Virus record (IMG/VR): IMGVR_UViG_3300045988_174840
Source of the DNA: a virus
Length of the DNA stretch: 59,807 nucleotides
Strand: one strand, 5' to 3'
The notes under the pieces: generated by a model
What the model saw: only the letters and a program-made list of their open reading frames with translations
What the model was told of the DNA's origin: nothing
Database searches by the model: none
Translations under genes and position numbers: made by a program
Shown here: positions 6,442 to 16,219 of the stretch, piece by piece
How the letters are laid out: each line of letters opens with the position of its first letter
How positions within the stretch are numbered: position 1 is the stretch's first letter

Positions 6442-6720
6442 TAGACATTTTACACAATTTTTTCTTTTGATTTTCGTGCAGATTGACCATTGACATTTCT
6501 TGTCTATTGACATTTTGTACAAAAATCAAATTATATTTTTGTATACTTTTACCATTGACAGGACTTGTCAATAGACATAATGCACAAAATTTTCCTTGCA
6601 TTTTTGTGCAATTTTACCTATTGACAAACTCATTTTAGGAAAATATCTTTGTGCATTTTTTACAAAAATTTAGCCAAAAATTTGTGCATTTTGTCTATTG
6701 ACAGGCTTCTCGGAGCGTTG
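6420..6720. repeat. cluster of 7 YTATTGACA sites in both orientations, including two TGTC-N4-GACA palindromes, interleaved with TTTGTGCA motifs
   Basis: CTGTCAATAGACA at ~6436 and ~6566. CTATTGACA at ~6503, ~6618 and ~6695. CCATTGACA at ~6487 and ~6553. Confidence 0.75.
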
Positions 6721-7261
6721 CGAAAGTATACGCTCCGATGGTAGATGGCAAGCTACCAATAGCCAATAAAATTCTAATCTTCTTGCTTTATTTTAATTAT
6801 TTAAAGAATTTATTTTATTAGTTTAACTCTTTCTCCTCTTTATTTAAAATAATGTGTTCAAAATCCTTCTGAACAAAAAACATATCCTCTTTGGAAAATG
6901 ATTTGAAAAATTATTTGTTAGGCGGTGTTTTGTTGCTTCTTACTCAAAAGAAAAGACCAATCTACAGACCATACCCAAACATAATACCCGGGCTATATTA
7001 AAGGATTAAAATTTTTTACTTTTATAAAAAGATAGTGTTCTCCACAATTCTCTCTCCAAAAAAATTTTTAAATCTAAAAATTGAAGAAAATGAAGAAGAA
7101 AAAATTGAAATAATTCTCCTTCCAAAAATTTTAGAATCTAAGAATCTAAAATAAAAACTTTAAGGATTCTAAATATTAAAAAATTTTCTTCTTCTTCTTC
7201 TTTAAAAAATGCGTGAGTGTCAAGTTAATCTCCGAAATACGTTTAAAAGCTTAGTAATCAT

Positions 7262-7486
7262 CTAAAACATCGCGTTTGCCTGTTCATAATATTTTAATTC
7301 TTGAATCCAAGCGATTGGAATTACCATTTCCGCTTTAGCGTATCTTTCTATAGCATCCATGATTTCATGTCTCCTAGTATTGATTATTTCTAATCTAAAA
7401 GTTTCACGCGGAACCAATCCTGCAACTGCAACTGCAACTGTTTTCTTTGCTTTCCCTGTTTCGTTATTCATAGTCATATTACTCAT
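7262..7486 (-). CDS. hypothetical protein (74 aa)
   Basis: Track ORF. Confidence 0.4.
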   Translation of the reverse strand: MSNMTMNNETGKAKKTVAVAVAGLVPRETFRLEIINTRRHEIMDAIERYAKAEMVIPIAWIQELKYYEQANAMF

Positions 7487-7498
7487 ATTATTTTCCTC

Positions 7499-7843
7499 CT
7501 ATTTTACTATTTTAATTACTTTACCATGTTTTCCGCTCATTTTCATTTTCATAATAATCTTTCTAATTATTGCGTCTTTTCCATCATAAAAAAGTATAGC
7601 AAAATCAATATTATCTACCATTTTCTGAATTAATTTATCTATATTGCGATCAAATATATATTCAATAGGAGCACCATTATTTTCTGCCCATATTTTTCCA
7701 ATAGACTCCGAGAGCTTCTTCTCCGTATTCCCGCAAACAACAGTAAACAAGTAACACTGCGTTTCACAGATAAAATCTTCCATAGCTGCGGAGACTAGGC
7801 GATTATCCGCGAAACCGCGACTTCCAAGAATACTAATTCTCAT
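7499..7843 (-). CDS. SLOG/YpsA-like (DUF1273-type) Rossmann-fold protein
   Basis: The pattern ILGSRGF...GN...FAILFYDG...KIIM resembles the B. subtilis YpsA layout (LTGYKAHELGIF...GGAMGVD...ALLAIYDEE). AAGAGGAAAAAGAG ribosome-binding site. Confidence 0.4.
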   Translation of the reverse strand: MRISILGSRGFADNRLVSAAMEDFICETQCYLFTVVCGNTEKKLSESIGKIWAENNGAPIEYIFDRNIDKLIQKMVDNIDFAILFYDGKDAIIRKIIMKMKMSGKHGKVIKIVK

Positions 7844-7924
7844 CTCTTTTTCCTCTTGTTTTATTTATAAAATAATTATAACAAAAATTTTTTAAAAAAT
7901 CCAATTAAAGTGCTTTAATCAAAT

Positions 7925-7953
7925 TTGACAAAAAAATTTTTTTGTGGTATAAT
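7925..7953 (+). promoter_or_regulatory. consensus promoter (TTGACA-17-TGG-TATAAT) for the morphogenesis operon
   Basis: Exact hexamers with an extended -10, almost identical to P1 at 1171. AAAGGAGA ribosome-binding site and ATG at 7981. Confidence 0.65.
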
Positions 7954-7980
7954 ATAATTGTAAATTAGAAAGGAGAAATT

Positions 7981-9138
7981 ATGACACCAATAATAATAGA
8001 AGATGAAGCTTTTGAGGAGAATATTTTAGAAGAAGAAAAAACAACAGAAAAACAAATCAAAGAAGAAAATATACAAACTACTATTAAATTAGATTATTCT
8101 TTAGAGACTCCTGAAGAGCGGAATGAATTAGTTAAAAAAATTATAAATAATACTCCTTCTGAGCAATTAACACCTAGATATTTAGAAATATTGTCAGATT
8201 ACATTATTTTTGCTATGGATAAACAAGAGCGGAAACAAAAGCAAATATTAACTGATAATCACATGGTCACAGTTAACAAAAGAGAAACTTCTTTTGAAGG
8301 ATTAGTTGGTCGCTTAGAGAATGGCGAAGATGGCATTTATAATATGATTGCTAATGATAAGAATATTATCTTTACACCTAAATTTCAAATAACTCAACAA
8401 GATATTGCGGAAATCCCCGAGTTAAAGCAACTTGTAGACGCGATTGCGGAAGTTGAAAAAGCTGAGAAAAAAGCAGTTGGTAAAAAGAAATTTTTATTAA
8501 AAAAGCAACTTATTGCTATGAGACAAGATCAATATGTAATTAGAAGTGCATATAAGCCGCCAATTTATTGTATGAACGCAATTAAAAGTTTTAGCAAAAT
8601 TGATTTTGATGAAAATGTTTCTATTAGCGGAGATGATGAAATTGAAGATAATAGCTTAGTTTCTTTTTTTAATCCTAAGCACGTATCTGCGTTATTATGT
8701 AACTATTCCCGCCTAAAAGAAGATGCATGGGGAAAATTCTATAGTGATTCATACTTTTTAATGGAAGATTTAGATACATTAATAGAAAAGACTTTAAGAG
8801 ACAGCTATCCAATGTATTATGACCTCTTGATTTATAAAATAGATGGAAAACAAAATCTTGAAATTCAAAGCCTATTGAATCAAAAGCATAATGTAAAACA
8901 TTCAGTGGAATATATATCATCTTTGTGGCGGAATAAGATACCTAAGCTATTGTCAGAGCAAGCTCAGGAAGACTACTTAATTTGGTATTATACGACTCAG
9001 AAGAAGGGAAAATGGAAAAAATGTTCCCGCTGTGGGGAAATCAAATTAGCTCATAATAAATTTTTTTCAAAGAATAAGACAAGCAAAGATCATTTTTACA
9101 GTATATGTAAATGTTGTCGAAATAAGAAAAATAAGTAA
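7981..9138 (+). CDS. hypothetical protein with a C-terminal Cys4 zinc ribbon (385 aa)
   Basis: CSRCGEIK...CKCCRNKKNK at the C-terminus. First gene of the late operon. Confidence 0.55.
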   Translation: MTPIIIEDEAFEENILEEEKTTEKQIKEENIQTTIKLDYSLETPEERNELVKKIINNTPSEQLTPRYLEILSDYIIFAMDKQERKQKQILTDNHMVTVNKRETSFEGLVGRLENGEDGIYNMIANDKNIIFTPKFQITQQDIAEIPELKQLVDAIAEVEKAEKKAVGKKKFLLKKQLIAMRQDQYVIRSAYKPPIYCMNAIKSFSKIDFDENVSISGDDEIEDNSLVSFFNPKHVSALLCNYSRLKEDAWGKFYSDSYFLMEDLDTLIEKTLRDSYPMYYDLLIYKIDGKQNLEIQSLLNQKHNVKHSVEYISSLWRNKIPKLLSEQAQEDYLIWYYTTQKKGKWKKCSRCGEIKLAHNKFFSKNKTSKDHFYSICKCCRNKKNK

Positions 9139-9150
9139 AGGAGGCTAATA

Positions 9151-10350
9151 ATGAATTATACTTGCAACAAATGCGGAAAATCAATGGATGAAATAAATTT
9201 TTATACATATAAAAATGGTAAAAAAACAGAATTATGTAAAAAATGTTTAACTATGCATATAAATAATTTTGAACCTAATACTTTCCTATGGGCATTAGAA
9301 AAGATGGATGTTCCATATGTTCCAGAAGAATGGAATATTTTAAGGGATAAAGCCTATGCAAAAGATCCTTATAAAATGAATGGGATGTCAGTATTTGGAA
9401 AATATCTTTCTAAAATGCGGCTAAAACAGTGGAAAAATTATAGTTGGGCAGATACAGAAAAGATTGCTCAAGAAAAAGAAAAAAAGACTCAAGAGGATCT
9501 CGAACAACAGAAAAAATTTGAAGAGAGTATGAAGCAACAGCTTGAAAAAGGGGAAATTTCTGAAGCTGAATACAAAACAATGGTTTCTACCCCTACTCAG
9601 AACGCGGAATTGGCGGTAAAAGCTCCTAAGAATGAGATTGGAACTGACAATTTTTATGATGAAAATAATTTTATAAGCGAGGATGAATTAATTGATCCCG
9701 CCGCGGAATTAACTCAAGAAGATAAGATTTACTTAGCTATGAAATGGGGACGTTTATACAAACCAAATGAGTGGGTTGAATTAGAGAAAAAATATGAAGA
9801 GATGACTAGTTCTTTTGATATTCAAGATTCAGATACTACAGGAACTTTAATTCTTATTTGTAAAACCTATTTAAAGATGAATCAGGCGATCGATTGCGGT
9901 GACATGGATGGATACCAGAAATTATCTAGAGTATACGATTCATTGCGTAAATCCGCAAAATTTACAGCCGCACAAAATAAAGAAGTAAAAAGTGATTTTG
10001 TAGACTGTATTGGAGAGATGGTTGCCTATTGTGAAAAAAATGGCGGTCAGATTCCAAGAATGAAGATAGAGGCTCCAAATGATATAGTAGATAAGGTTAT
10101 CATGGATTTAAAAGAGTATACGAGATCATTGATTTATGATGATAAATCCCTTGCTCAACAGATAGAAAATTATATTAAGCAGAGAGAAAATGCGGATGCG
10201 ATGAAGAAAGATAGAGAAGAAGCTAAAGAAAAAGGCTATAATCAAATAGAATTAAAAGATAGAGATTATCAAACTTATTTTGACAATATTGCAAAAGAAA
10301 AAGAAAATGATGAAAAAATTTATATAGGAGAGGATGAAGACTTTATATGA
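9151..10350 (+). CDS. hypothetical protein with an N-terminal zinc ribbon and a charged coiled-coil; terminase small subunit cannot be excluded
   Basis: CNKCGKS...CKKC in the first 35 aa. It lies immediately upstream of, and overlaps, the large terminase gene. Confidence 0.45.
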   Translation: MNYTCNKCGKSMDEINFYTYKNGKKTELCKKCLTMHINNFEPNTFLWALEKMDVPYVPEEWNILRDKAYAKDPYKMNGMSVFGKYLSKMRLKQWKNYSWADTEKIAQEKEKKTQEDLEQQKKFEESMKQQLEKGEISEAEYKTMVSTPTQNAELAVKAPKNEIGTDNFYDENNFISEDELIDPAAELTQEDKIYLAMKWGRLYKPNEWVELEKKYEEMTSSFDIQDSDTTGTLILICKTYLKMNQAIDCGDMDGYQKLSRVYDSLRKSAKFTAAQNKEVKSDFVDCIGEMVAYCEKNGGQIPRMKIEAPNDIVDKVIMDLKEYTRSLIYDDKSLAQQIENYIKQRENADAMKKDREEAKEKGYNQIELKDRDYQTYFDNIAKEKENDEKIYIGEDEDFI

Positions 10351-12089
10351 GTTTAAAAGGTTTATTAGATTTATCTGAATCTAGAACCCTTAAGAAGCAG
10401 GGCATGTCAGAAGAAAGACTGAAAGCTCAACTTCCTCATTTAAGAAAACTAATCGCTTATTATAGAGAATATCCAGATCTTTTAGTAGACTTTATGAAAG
10501 GTCCTGAGAGTACTTTTAAATTCTTTTTTTACCAGAGAATATTCTTAAGAATTACAATGCGGCATAGATATGTGTATGCCACTTTTCCACGTGCGTATAG
10601 TAAATCATTCTTATCTATGATGATTCTTATGTTAAGATGTATTCTCTATCCTAACTCACATTTATTTGTTACTACTGGCGGTAAAGAACAAGCTGCTAGT
10701 ATTACCATAGCAAAGATTGAAGAAATATGTAAGCTCATTCCCGCACTTAATAATGAATTAGATTGGTCAAGAGGAGCTTCTAAGAAATCAAAAGACGATG
10801 TTAATTATATCTTTAAAAATGATTCTTCTATTAATATATTAGCTGCGAAACAATCTTCTAGAGGCCAGCGTAGGACAGGTGGTTTAATGGAAGAATGTGT
10901 TCTTATAGACGGAGATATATTAAATGAAATAATAATTCCTACGACAAATGTTGATAGATTATTACCAGATGGAACTAGACATAAAGAAGAAATAATTAAT
11001 AAAAGTCAAATATATATTACAACAGCTGGGTGGAAGAATTCATTTGCATATGATAAACTGATGGAGCTTTTGGTTCAGTCAATGATTGAACCTGATAAAG
11101 TTATGATTATGGGTGGAACTTATGAAACACCTGTTGCAGAAGGTCTTTTGGATGAAGACTTTGTAGAGCAACTCAAATTACAAGGTACATTTAAAGAAGA
11201 TTCTTTTGATAGGGAATATCGTTCTAAATGGAGCGGAGATGCAGAAAATGCATTTTATTCTTCTGAAAAGTTTGATAGGTATAGAGTGTTATCCCAACCA
11301 GAATACGAATATAGCGGAAGAAGTAGTAAATCAGCTTATTATGTTATAGGGGTGGACGTCGGACGTATAGGCTGTACAACTGAAGCTTGTATATTCAAAG
11401 TTACCCCTCAACCGCAAGGAGCAGCTTTAAAGAGTTTGGTTAATATCTATACTTATGAAGCAGAGCATTTTGAAACTCAGGCAATCAATTTAAAGAAATT
11501 ATATTATAAGTACAAAGCTAAAATTATTTCGATTGATGCAAATGGCTTGGGTATTGGACTCATCGACTTCATGACAAGGGCACAGATTGACCCTGAAACA
11601 GGGGATACCCTTCCGCCGTTTGGAGTTGAAGGAGGAACATCAGAGGATGCTATTGCTCCTTATAGAAAAATTAAGGGCGGAGATGTGGAAGATAATGCTT
11701 TATATTTAATTAAAGCAAATGCACCAATTAATACTGAAGCTTATTCATATACTCAGACTCAAATGTCTAGCGGAAAAATTAAATTTTTGAAAGATGAGTC
11801 TGAAGCTAAAGCTAAGCTAATGTCATCAAAAGTTGGTCAGAATATGGATGCAGATAAAAGAAATGAATATTTAAAACCTTTTGTTTTAACAACGATTTTA
11901 AGAGAACAAATGCTAAATCTAGTTGAAGAAAATGAAGGAGTTAATATTATTTTAAAACAATCTTCAAGAGGTATAAAAAAGGATAAGTTTTCTGCTTTTA
12001 TATATGGACTGTACTATATAAAACAGGAAGAAGACCATAAGAAAAAGAGACGAAGTAGAAATATATCAGATTTTATGTTCTTTAGCTAA
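10347..12089 (+). CDS. terminase large subunit
   Basis: Deviant Walker A ATFPRAYSKSF near the N-terminus. RNase-H-like nuclease motifs VIGVDVGRIG and IISIDANGLGIGLIDF in the C-terminal half. Positioned before the portal gene. Confidence 0.7.
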   Translation: MSLKGLLDLSESRTLKKQGMSEERLKAQLPHLRKLIAYYREYPDLLVDFMKGPESTFKFFFYQRIFLRITMRHRYVYATFPRAYSKSFLSMMILMLRCILYPNSHLFVTTGGKEQAASITIAKIEEICKLIPALNNELDWSRGASKKSKDDVNYIFKNDSSINILAAKQSSRGQRRTGGLMEECVLIDGDILNEIIIPTTNVDRLLPDGTRHKEEIINKSQIYITTAGWKNSFAYDKLMELLVQSMIEPDKVMIMGGTYETPVAEGLLDEDFVEQLKLQGTFKEDSFDREYRSKWSGDAENAFYSSEKFDRYRVLSQPEYEYSGRSSKSAYYVIGVDVGRIGCTTEACIFKVTPQPQGAALKSLVNIYTYEAEHFETQAINLKKLYYKYKAKIISIDANGLGIGLIDFMTRAQIDPETGDTLPPFGVEGGTSEDAIAPYRKIKGGDVEDNALYLIKANAPINTEAYSYTQTQMSSGKIKFLKDESEAKAKLMSSKVGQNMDADKRNEYLKPFVLTTILREQMLNLVEENEGVNIILKQSSRGIKKDKFSAFIYGLYYIKQEEDHKKKRRSRNISDFMFFS

Positions 12090-12162
12090 AACAAAATGGA
12101 CAAATGTTTATAAAAAAGAGGAAGTATTTTTAAAGTATTATGAAAAAGAAGGGAGAAATGCT

Positions 12163-12519
12163 ATGCGAGCAAGTAGAGGTGAAATAAAAATTGAAGAAAT
12201 TCTTCAAGAATCAGGTTTGAATTTTAAAGAAGAGTATATTTTTTCTGACCTTGTAAGTTCTAGCGGTCGACCCCTCAGATTTGATTTTGCGATTTTAGAT
12301 GATAATAATGAATTAGATTTTTTAATAGAGTTCCAGGGTATTCAACATTATGAACCAAAGAGCAAATTTGGTGGAATCTCTGGATTGCGGAAGCAACAAT
12401 ATAATGATATGAAGAAGAGAGAATATTGTGCTAAGCACAATATTCCTCTTGTAATCATTCCTTATTGGGATGAAGGTAGACTTGATTATGATTATATTAT
12501 GACTGCCGCAGGATATTAA
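12163..12519 (+). CDS. DUF559/Vsr-like PD-(D/E)xK endonuclease, candidate free-standing homing-type nuclease
   Basis: RFDFAILDD...LDFLIEFQGIQHY matches the PDFA...IEVDGxQH pattern of Vsr/DUF559 nucleases. It is inserted between terminase and portal. Confidence 0.45.
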   Translation: MRASRGEIKIEEILQESGLNFKEEYIFSDLVSSSGRPLRFDFAILDDNNELDFLIEFQGIQHYEPKSKFGGISGLRKQQYNDMKKREYCAKHNIPLVIIPYWDEGRLDYDYIMTAAGY

Positions 12520-12635
12520 AATTTTTATTTTAATAAATTAGATAAAATTGTATTTTATGTTATACTATACTTAGAAAGGTTAAGGTGTATATCTTGATAA
12601 ATAGAGTAGCAGAAATAAAGAAGAAGGGGTTCCAA

Positions 12636-14177
12636 ATGAGTATTAATGACTCCACAGAAGATATATATGCTCAATCTTTTAATGCAGTAGACTTTTCTAA
12701 AATCAAGGTCGGGATAAAAACTTTAGATGACGCTATTGTAAACTTAGGAGAACTAAAAAAAATCAATCCTAGGTTAGCTGATAAAAAAGAAGTTTTACGA
12801 GCTATTAATAATGGAGACTATGAAACAATGAGAGATATATCTAATTTCTTTTATAAAACTAGTGGTATTTATAATAGACTTTGTAGATATATGGCATATT
12901 TATATAGATATGATTGGTTAATTACTCCTTATATTAATTCAGATAATTTAAAGCCAGAAAAAGTATTAGATGGATTTAATAAAGCTTTAATGTATTTAGA
13001 TAACTTTGAGGCTAAACGTTTTTTTGGGGAAGTTGCATTAAAAGTTATTAAGAATGGCTGTTATTATGGATATTTGATCCCCCAAAAAGATCGAATGGTA
13101 ATACAAGAATTGCCGCCTAAATATTGCCGTTCAAGATTTAGTGTTAATGGACGTCCTGCGGTAGAGTTTAATATGAGATTTTTTGATGAAGCATTTAGAG
13201 ATACAACTCAAAAGATGAAAATGCTAAATCTGTTTCCCGCGGAATTTAAGAAAGCTTATATTCTTTACAAAGAAGGAAAATTAAAAGCTGATTTTGCTGG
13301 AGATACATCTGGGTGGTATCTATTAAACATTGATAACGTAATAAAATTTAACTTGAATGGAGATGACTTTCCGGCTTTTATTTCAGTCATTCCCGCAATT
13401 ATAGATCTAGATGCTGCACAAGAGCTAGATAGAAAGAAAATGCAACAAAAACTATTAAAAATTATCATTCAGAAAATGCCTGTTGATAAAAATGGAGATT
13501 TGATTTTTGATGTAGAAGAAGCTCAACAGTTACATAATAACGCTGTGAAAATGTTAGGAAAAGCGATTGGGATAGATGTTTTAACTACTTTTGCTGATGT
13601 TGAAGTTGCGGATATGGCTGATAAGAGTTCCACCACTACTGTTGATGAATTGGAAAAGGTTGAGCGTGCAGTTTATAATGAAGCTGGAGTTTCTCAGATG
13701 CAATTTAACACAGATGGAAATATTGCCTTAGAAAAATCTATTTTGAATGACGAAGCTTCCATGTATAATTTATTAATTCAATTTGAAGGGTTTTTAAATA
13801 CATTATTAAAACCTTTTAATAAGAATCCAAAAAAAGTATACTATAAAGCACAGATTTTAACTACAACAATTTATAATTATAAAGAGATGGCTAAATTGTA
13901 TAAAGAACAGACTCAATTAGGTTATTCTAAGATGTTACCGCAAATAGCTCTAGGTCAATCTCAAAGTTCAATTTTAGCTAATGCTTATTTTGAAAATGAC
14001 GTTTTAGATTTAGTAAATCTATTTATTCCGCCTTTAATGTCTAGCACTATGAACGTGGAAGCATTAAGCCAAGCAAAAACTGCGGAAGATGGAGAAGAAA
14101 AGAAAGCGGGCAGAAAAGAAAAAGCTGATGATGAGAAAAGTGAAAAAACTATGAAAAATATAGAATCTCAAGGTTGA
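12636..14177 (+). CDS. portal protein (candidate)
   Basis: ~510 aa, directly downstream of terminase, with an acidic C-terminus. Track ORF starts at GTG 12585; the ATG at 12636 has a better AAGAAGGGG ribosome-binding site. Confidence 0.55.
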   Translation: MSINDSTEDIYAQSFNAVDFSKIKVGIKTLDDAIVNLGELKKINPRLADKKEVLRAINNGDYETMRDISNFFYKTSGIYNRLCRYMAYLYRYDWLITPYINSDNLKPEKVLDGFNKALMYLDNFEAKRFFGEVALKVIKNGCYYGYLIPQKDRMVIQELPPKYCRSRFSVNGRPAVEFNMRFFDEAFRDTTQKMKMLNLFPAEFKKAYILYKEGKLKADFAGDTSGWYLLNIDNVIKFNLNGDDFPAFISVIPAIIDLDAAQELDRKKMQQKLLKIIIQKMPVDKNGDLIFDVEEAQQLHNNAVKMLGKAIGIDVLTTFADVEVADMADKSSTTTVDELEKVERAVYNEAGVSQMQFNTDGNIALEKSILNDEASMYNLLIQFEGFLNTLLKPFNKNPKKVYYKAQILTTTIYNYKEMAKLYKEQTQLGYSKMLPQIALGQSQSSILANAYFENDVLDLVNLFIPPLMSSTMNVEALSQAKTAEDGEEKKAGRKEKADDEKSEKTMKNIESQG

Positions 14178-14196
14178 TTAAATTGGAGGTAGCTAA

Positions 14197-15606
14197 ATGT
14201 CAAGAATGAGTATAGCTACGATAGATAGTCCAGAATTTATAAACGTTTCTCCATATAATCCTTTAATTTCAGAATGTGAAATTAAAGTTTTGTATTTGGG
14301 AGAAAATAGAAATCATAGCTATATAAGTAAAGAAGTAGCTACAGAGATGGCTAATTCGTTACCTGGATGTCCTATTGTAGGTTATTTTAAACAAGATGTA
14401 AAAGATTTTGGCGATCATGGGGATCAAGTAGTAATTGATGAAAATGGAATACATTTTAATTGTCTTACAAAACCTTATGGATTTGTAGCTCCTAATGCTA
14501 AAATTTGGTTTCAAAAATTTGAGGATACAGACGATTTTGGAAATTCTATTATTAGAGAATATTTAATGACTACTGGGTTTTTGTGGACAGGGCAGTTTGA
14601 AGAGGCTCAAGCTGTTGTTGAGCAGGGAAAACCACATTCTATGGAATTAGATGAAGATTCCTTAGAAGGAGAATGGTCAAAAAATTATAAAACAGGTATA
14701 GAGTTTTTTATTATAAATGACGCAATATTTTCAAAATTATGTATTTTAGGAGATAATGTTGAACCTTGTTTTGAAGGTTCAAGTGTAACAGCTCCATGTA
14801 TAAGTACATCGTTTACTAAAGTAGATGATAATTTTAAAAAGACTTTATATACTATGATGCATGAATTAAAAGATGCATTAGAAGGAGGACAAATGGCTTT
14901 AGAAAAAGATAATAAAAAAGTTTCTGATGAAAAGGACAAAAAAGAACAAAACTTTTCCGCAGAAAATCAAAATTCTACAGAGGGATTAAATCAAACTGAT
15001 TTTGTAGCTTCTGATAAAGATAAAGATAAAAAAGAAGAAGAAGTTAAAGAAGATCAGCCTAAAAATGATGAAACCACAAAGACAGAAAAAGATGATGAAG
15101 ATAAAAAGAAAAACTTTGTAAAAAAAGAAGAAGATGAGACTGTTAAAGAAGAGTCTACTTCAAATGAAGATAAAAAAGATGATAATAAAGCACCTTCTGA
15201 TAAAGAGGAAGAAAAAGAGAAGAAAGATAAATACGCTTTATTAGAAACTCAATATCAAGATTTACAAAGTAAATACTCTGCATTAAAAGAGGATTTTCAA
15301 TCATTAGTAGCTTTTAAAAATCAAATTGAAAACGAGAAAAAAGATGCTTTAATCAATAGCTTTTATATGCTTTCAGATGAAGATAAGAAAGATGTAATTG
15401 CAAATAAAGCTAAATACTCTTTAGATGATATTGAAGCAAAGTTATCTGTAATTTGTGTTAGAAAGAAAGTTAATTTTGATTTAGAGGATACCTCAAAAAA
15501 TGAAAAAGATAATCCTGTTGCAACTTTTAATTTAGAAGAACAGGATAGCTCTATCCCAGCGTGGATAAATGCTTTAAAAAATACTCGAAACAGTAGAAAT
15601 GATTAA
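14197..15606 (+). CDS. scaffold-like protein with a long K/D/E-rich coiled-coil tail, possibly a protease-scaffold fusion
   Basis: An N-terminal ~220-aa globular part is followed by a low-complexity KDKDKKEEE...KKDDNK region. Lies between portal and capsid. Confidence 0.45.
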   Translation: MSRMSIATIDSPEFINVSPYNPLISECEIKVLYLGENRNHSYISKEVATEMANSLPGCPIVGYFKQDVKDFGDHGDQVVIDENGIHFNCLTKPYGFVAPNAKIWFQKFEDTDDFGNSIIREYLMTTGFLWTGQFEEAQAVVEQGKPHSMELDEDSLEGEWSKNYKTGIEFFIINDAIFSKLCILGDNVEPCFEGSSVTAPCISTSFTKVDDNFKKTLYTMMHELKDALEGGQMALEKDNKKVSDEKDKKEQNFSAENQNSTEGLNQTDFVASDKDKDKKEEEVKEDQPKNDETTKTEKDDEDKKKNFVKKEEDETVKEESTSNEDKKDDNKAPSDKEEEKEKKDKYALLETQYQDLQSKYSALKEDFQSLVAFKNQIENEKKDALINSFYMLSDEDKKDVIANKAKYSLDDIEAKLSVICVRKKVNFDLEDTSKNEKDNPVATFNLEEQDSSIPAWINALKNTRNSRND

Positions 15607-15619
15607 GGAGGATATATAG

Positions 15620-16204
15620 ATGGCTGCTACAACAATTAAAAGAGTTGGTTTTGGTCAAGTTGAACCTAATCATTTGTCAGCTCAAAGAACTTCTCAGATT
15701 TATGCACAGTTACCAGCAAAATCTGATATTAGTATTCTTGAAAATGGTCAGTATGTAAAATATGACTATGCTAATGGAGAAGTTAATTTTACTGGCAAAG
15801 GCGAATGGATGATGGTGTTCAACGAAGTAAAATTATACGATGATAAGTGGAGAGAGTCTTATAAAGACTTTGCTATGATTAAAGATAATTATACAGCGGG
15901 AAGCGATGATATTACTCATGGTGGCTTAGGTCCACTTAAAGGTCAGATGGTTCCGCGTGTAATTAAAACAAATGTTGGAGATATTTATACTACTAATGCT
16001 GTTGGTGCTGCGAATACAAGCGGAAAAGCAGAATATGCTGGTATTGCTCTTGAAGTAGGAGACTTTTTAAAAGTTGACACAACAGGCTTCTTAGTAAAAG
16101 ATGAAACAGCAGAAGCTTCAACAGAAAGTATGTTATGGCAAGTAGTAAAAATTTATACTATGGCAGATGGACAACCAGCTGTTAAGGTAATGAGAGTTAA
16201 ATAA
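15620..16204 (+). CDS. head protein, hypothetical (194 aa)
   Basis: Track ORF between scaffold and capsid genes, with a GGAGG ribosome-binding site. Confidence 0.4.
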   Translation: MAATTIKRVGFGQVEPNHLSAQRTSQIYAQLPAKSDISILENGQYVKYDYANGEVNFTGKGEWMMVFNEVKLYDDKWRESYKDFAMIKDNYTAGSDDITHGGLGPLKGQMVPRVIKTNVGDIYTTNAVGAANTSGKAEYAGIALEVGDFLKVDTTGFLVKDETAEASTESMLWQVVKIYTMADGQPAVKVMRVK

Positions 16205-16219
16205 GGAGGATTATAAGAG

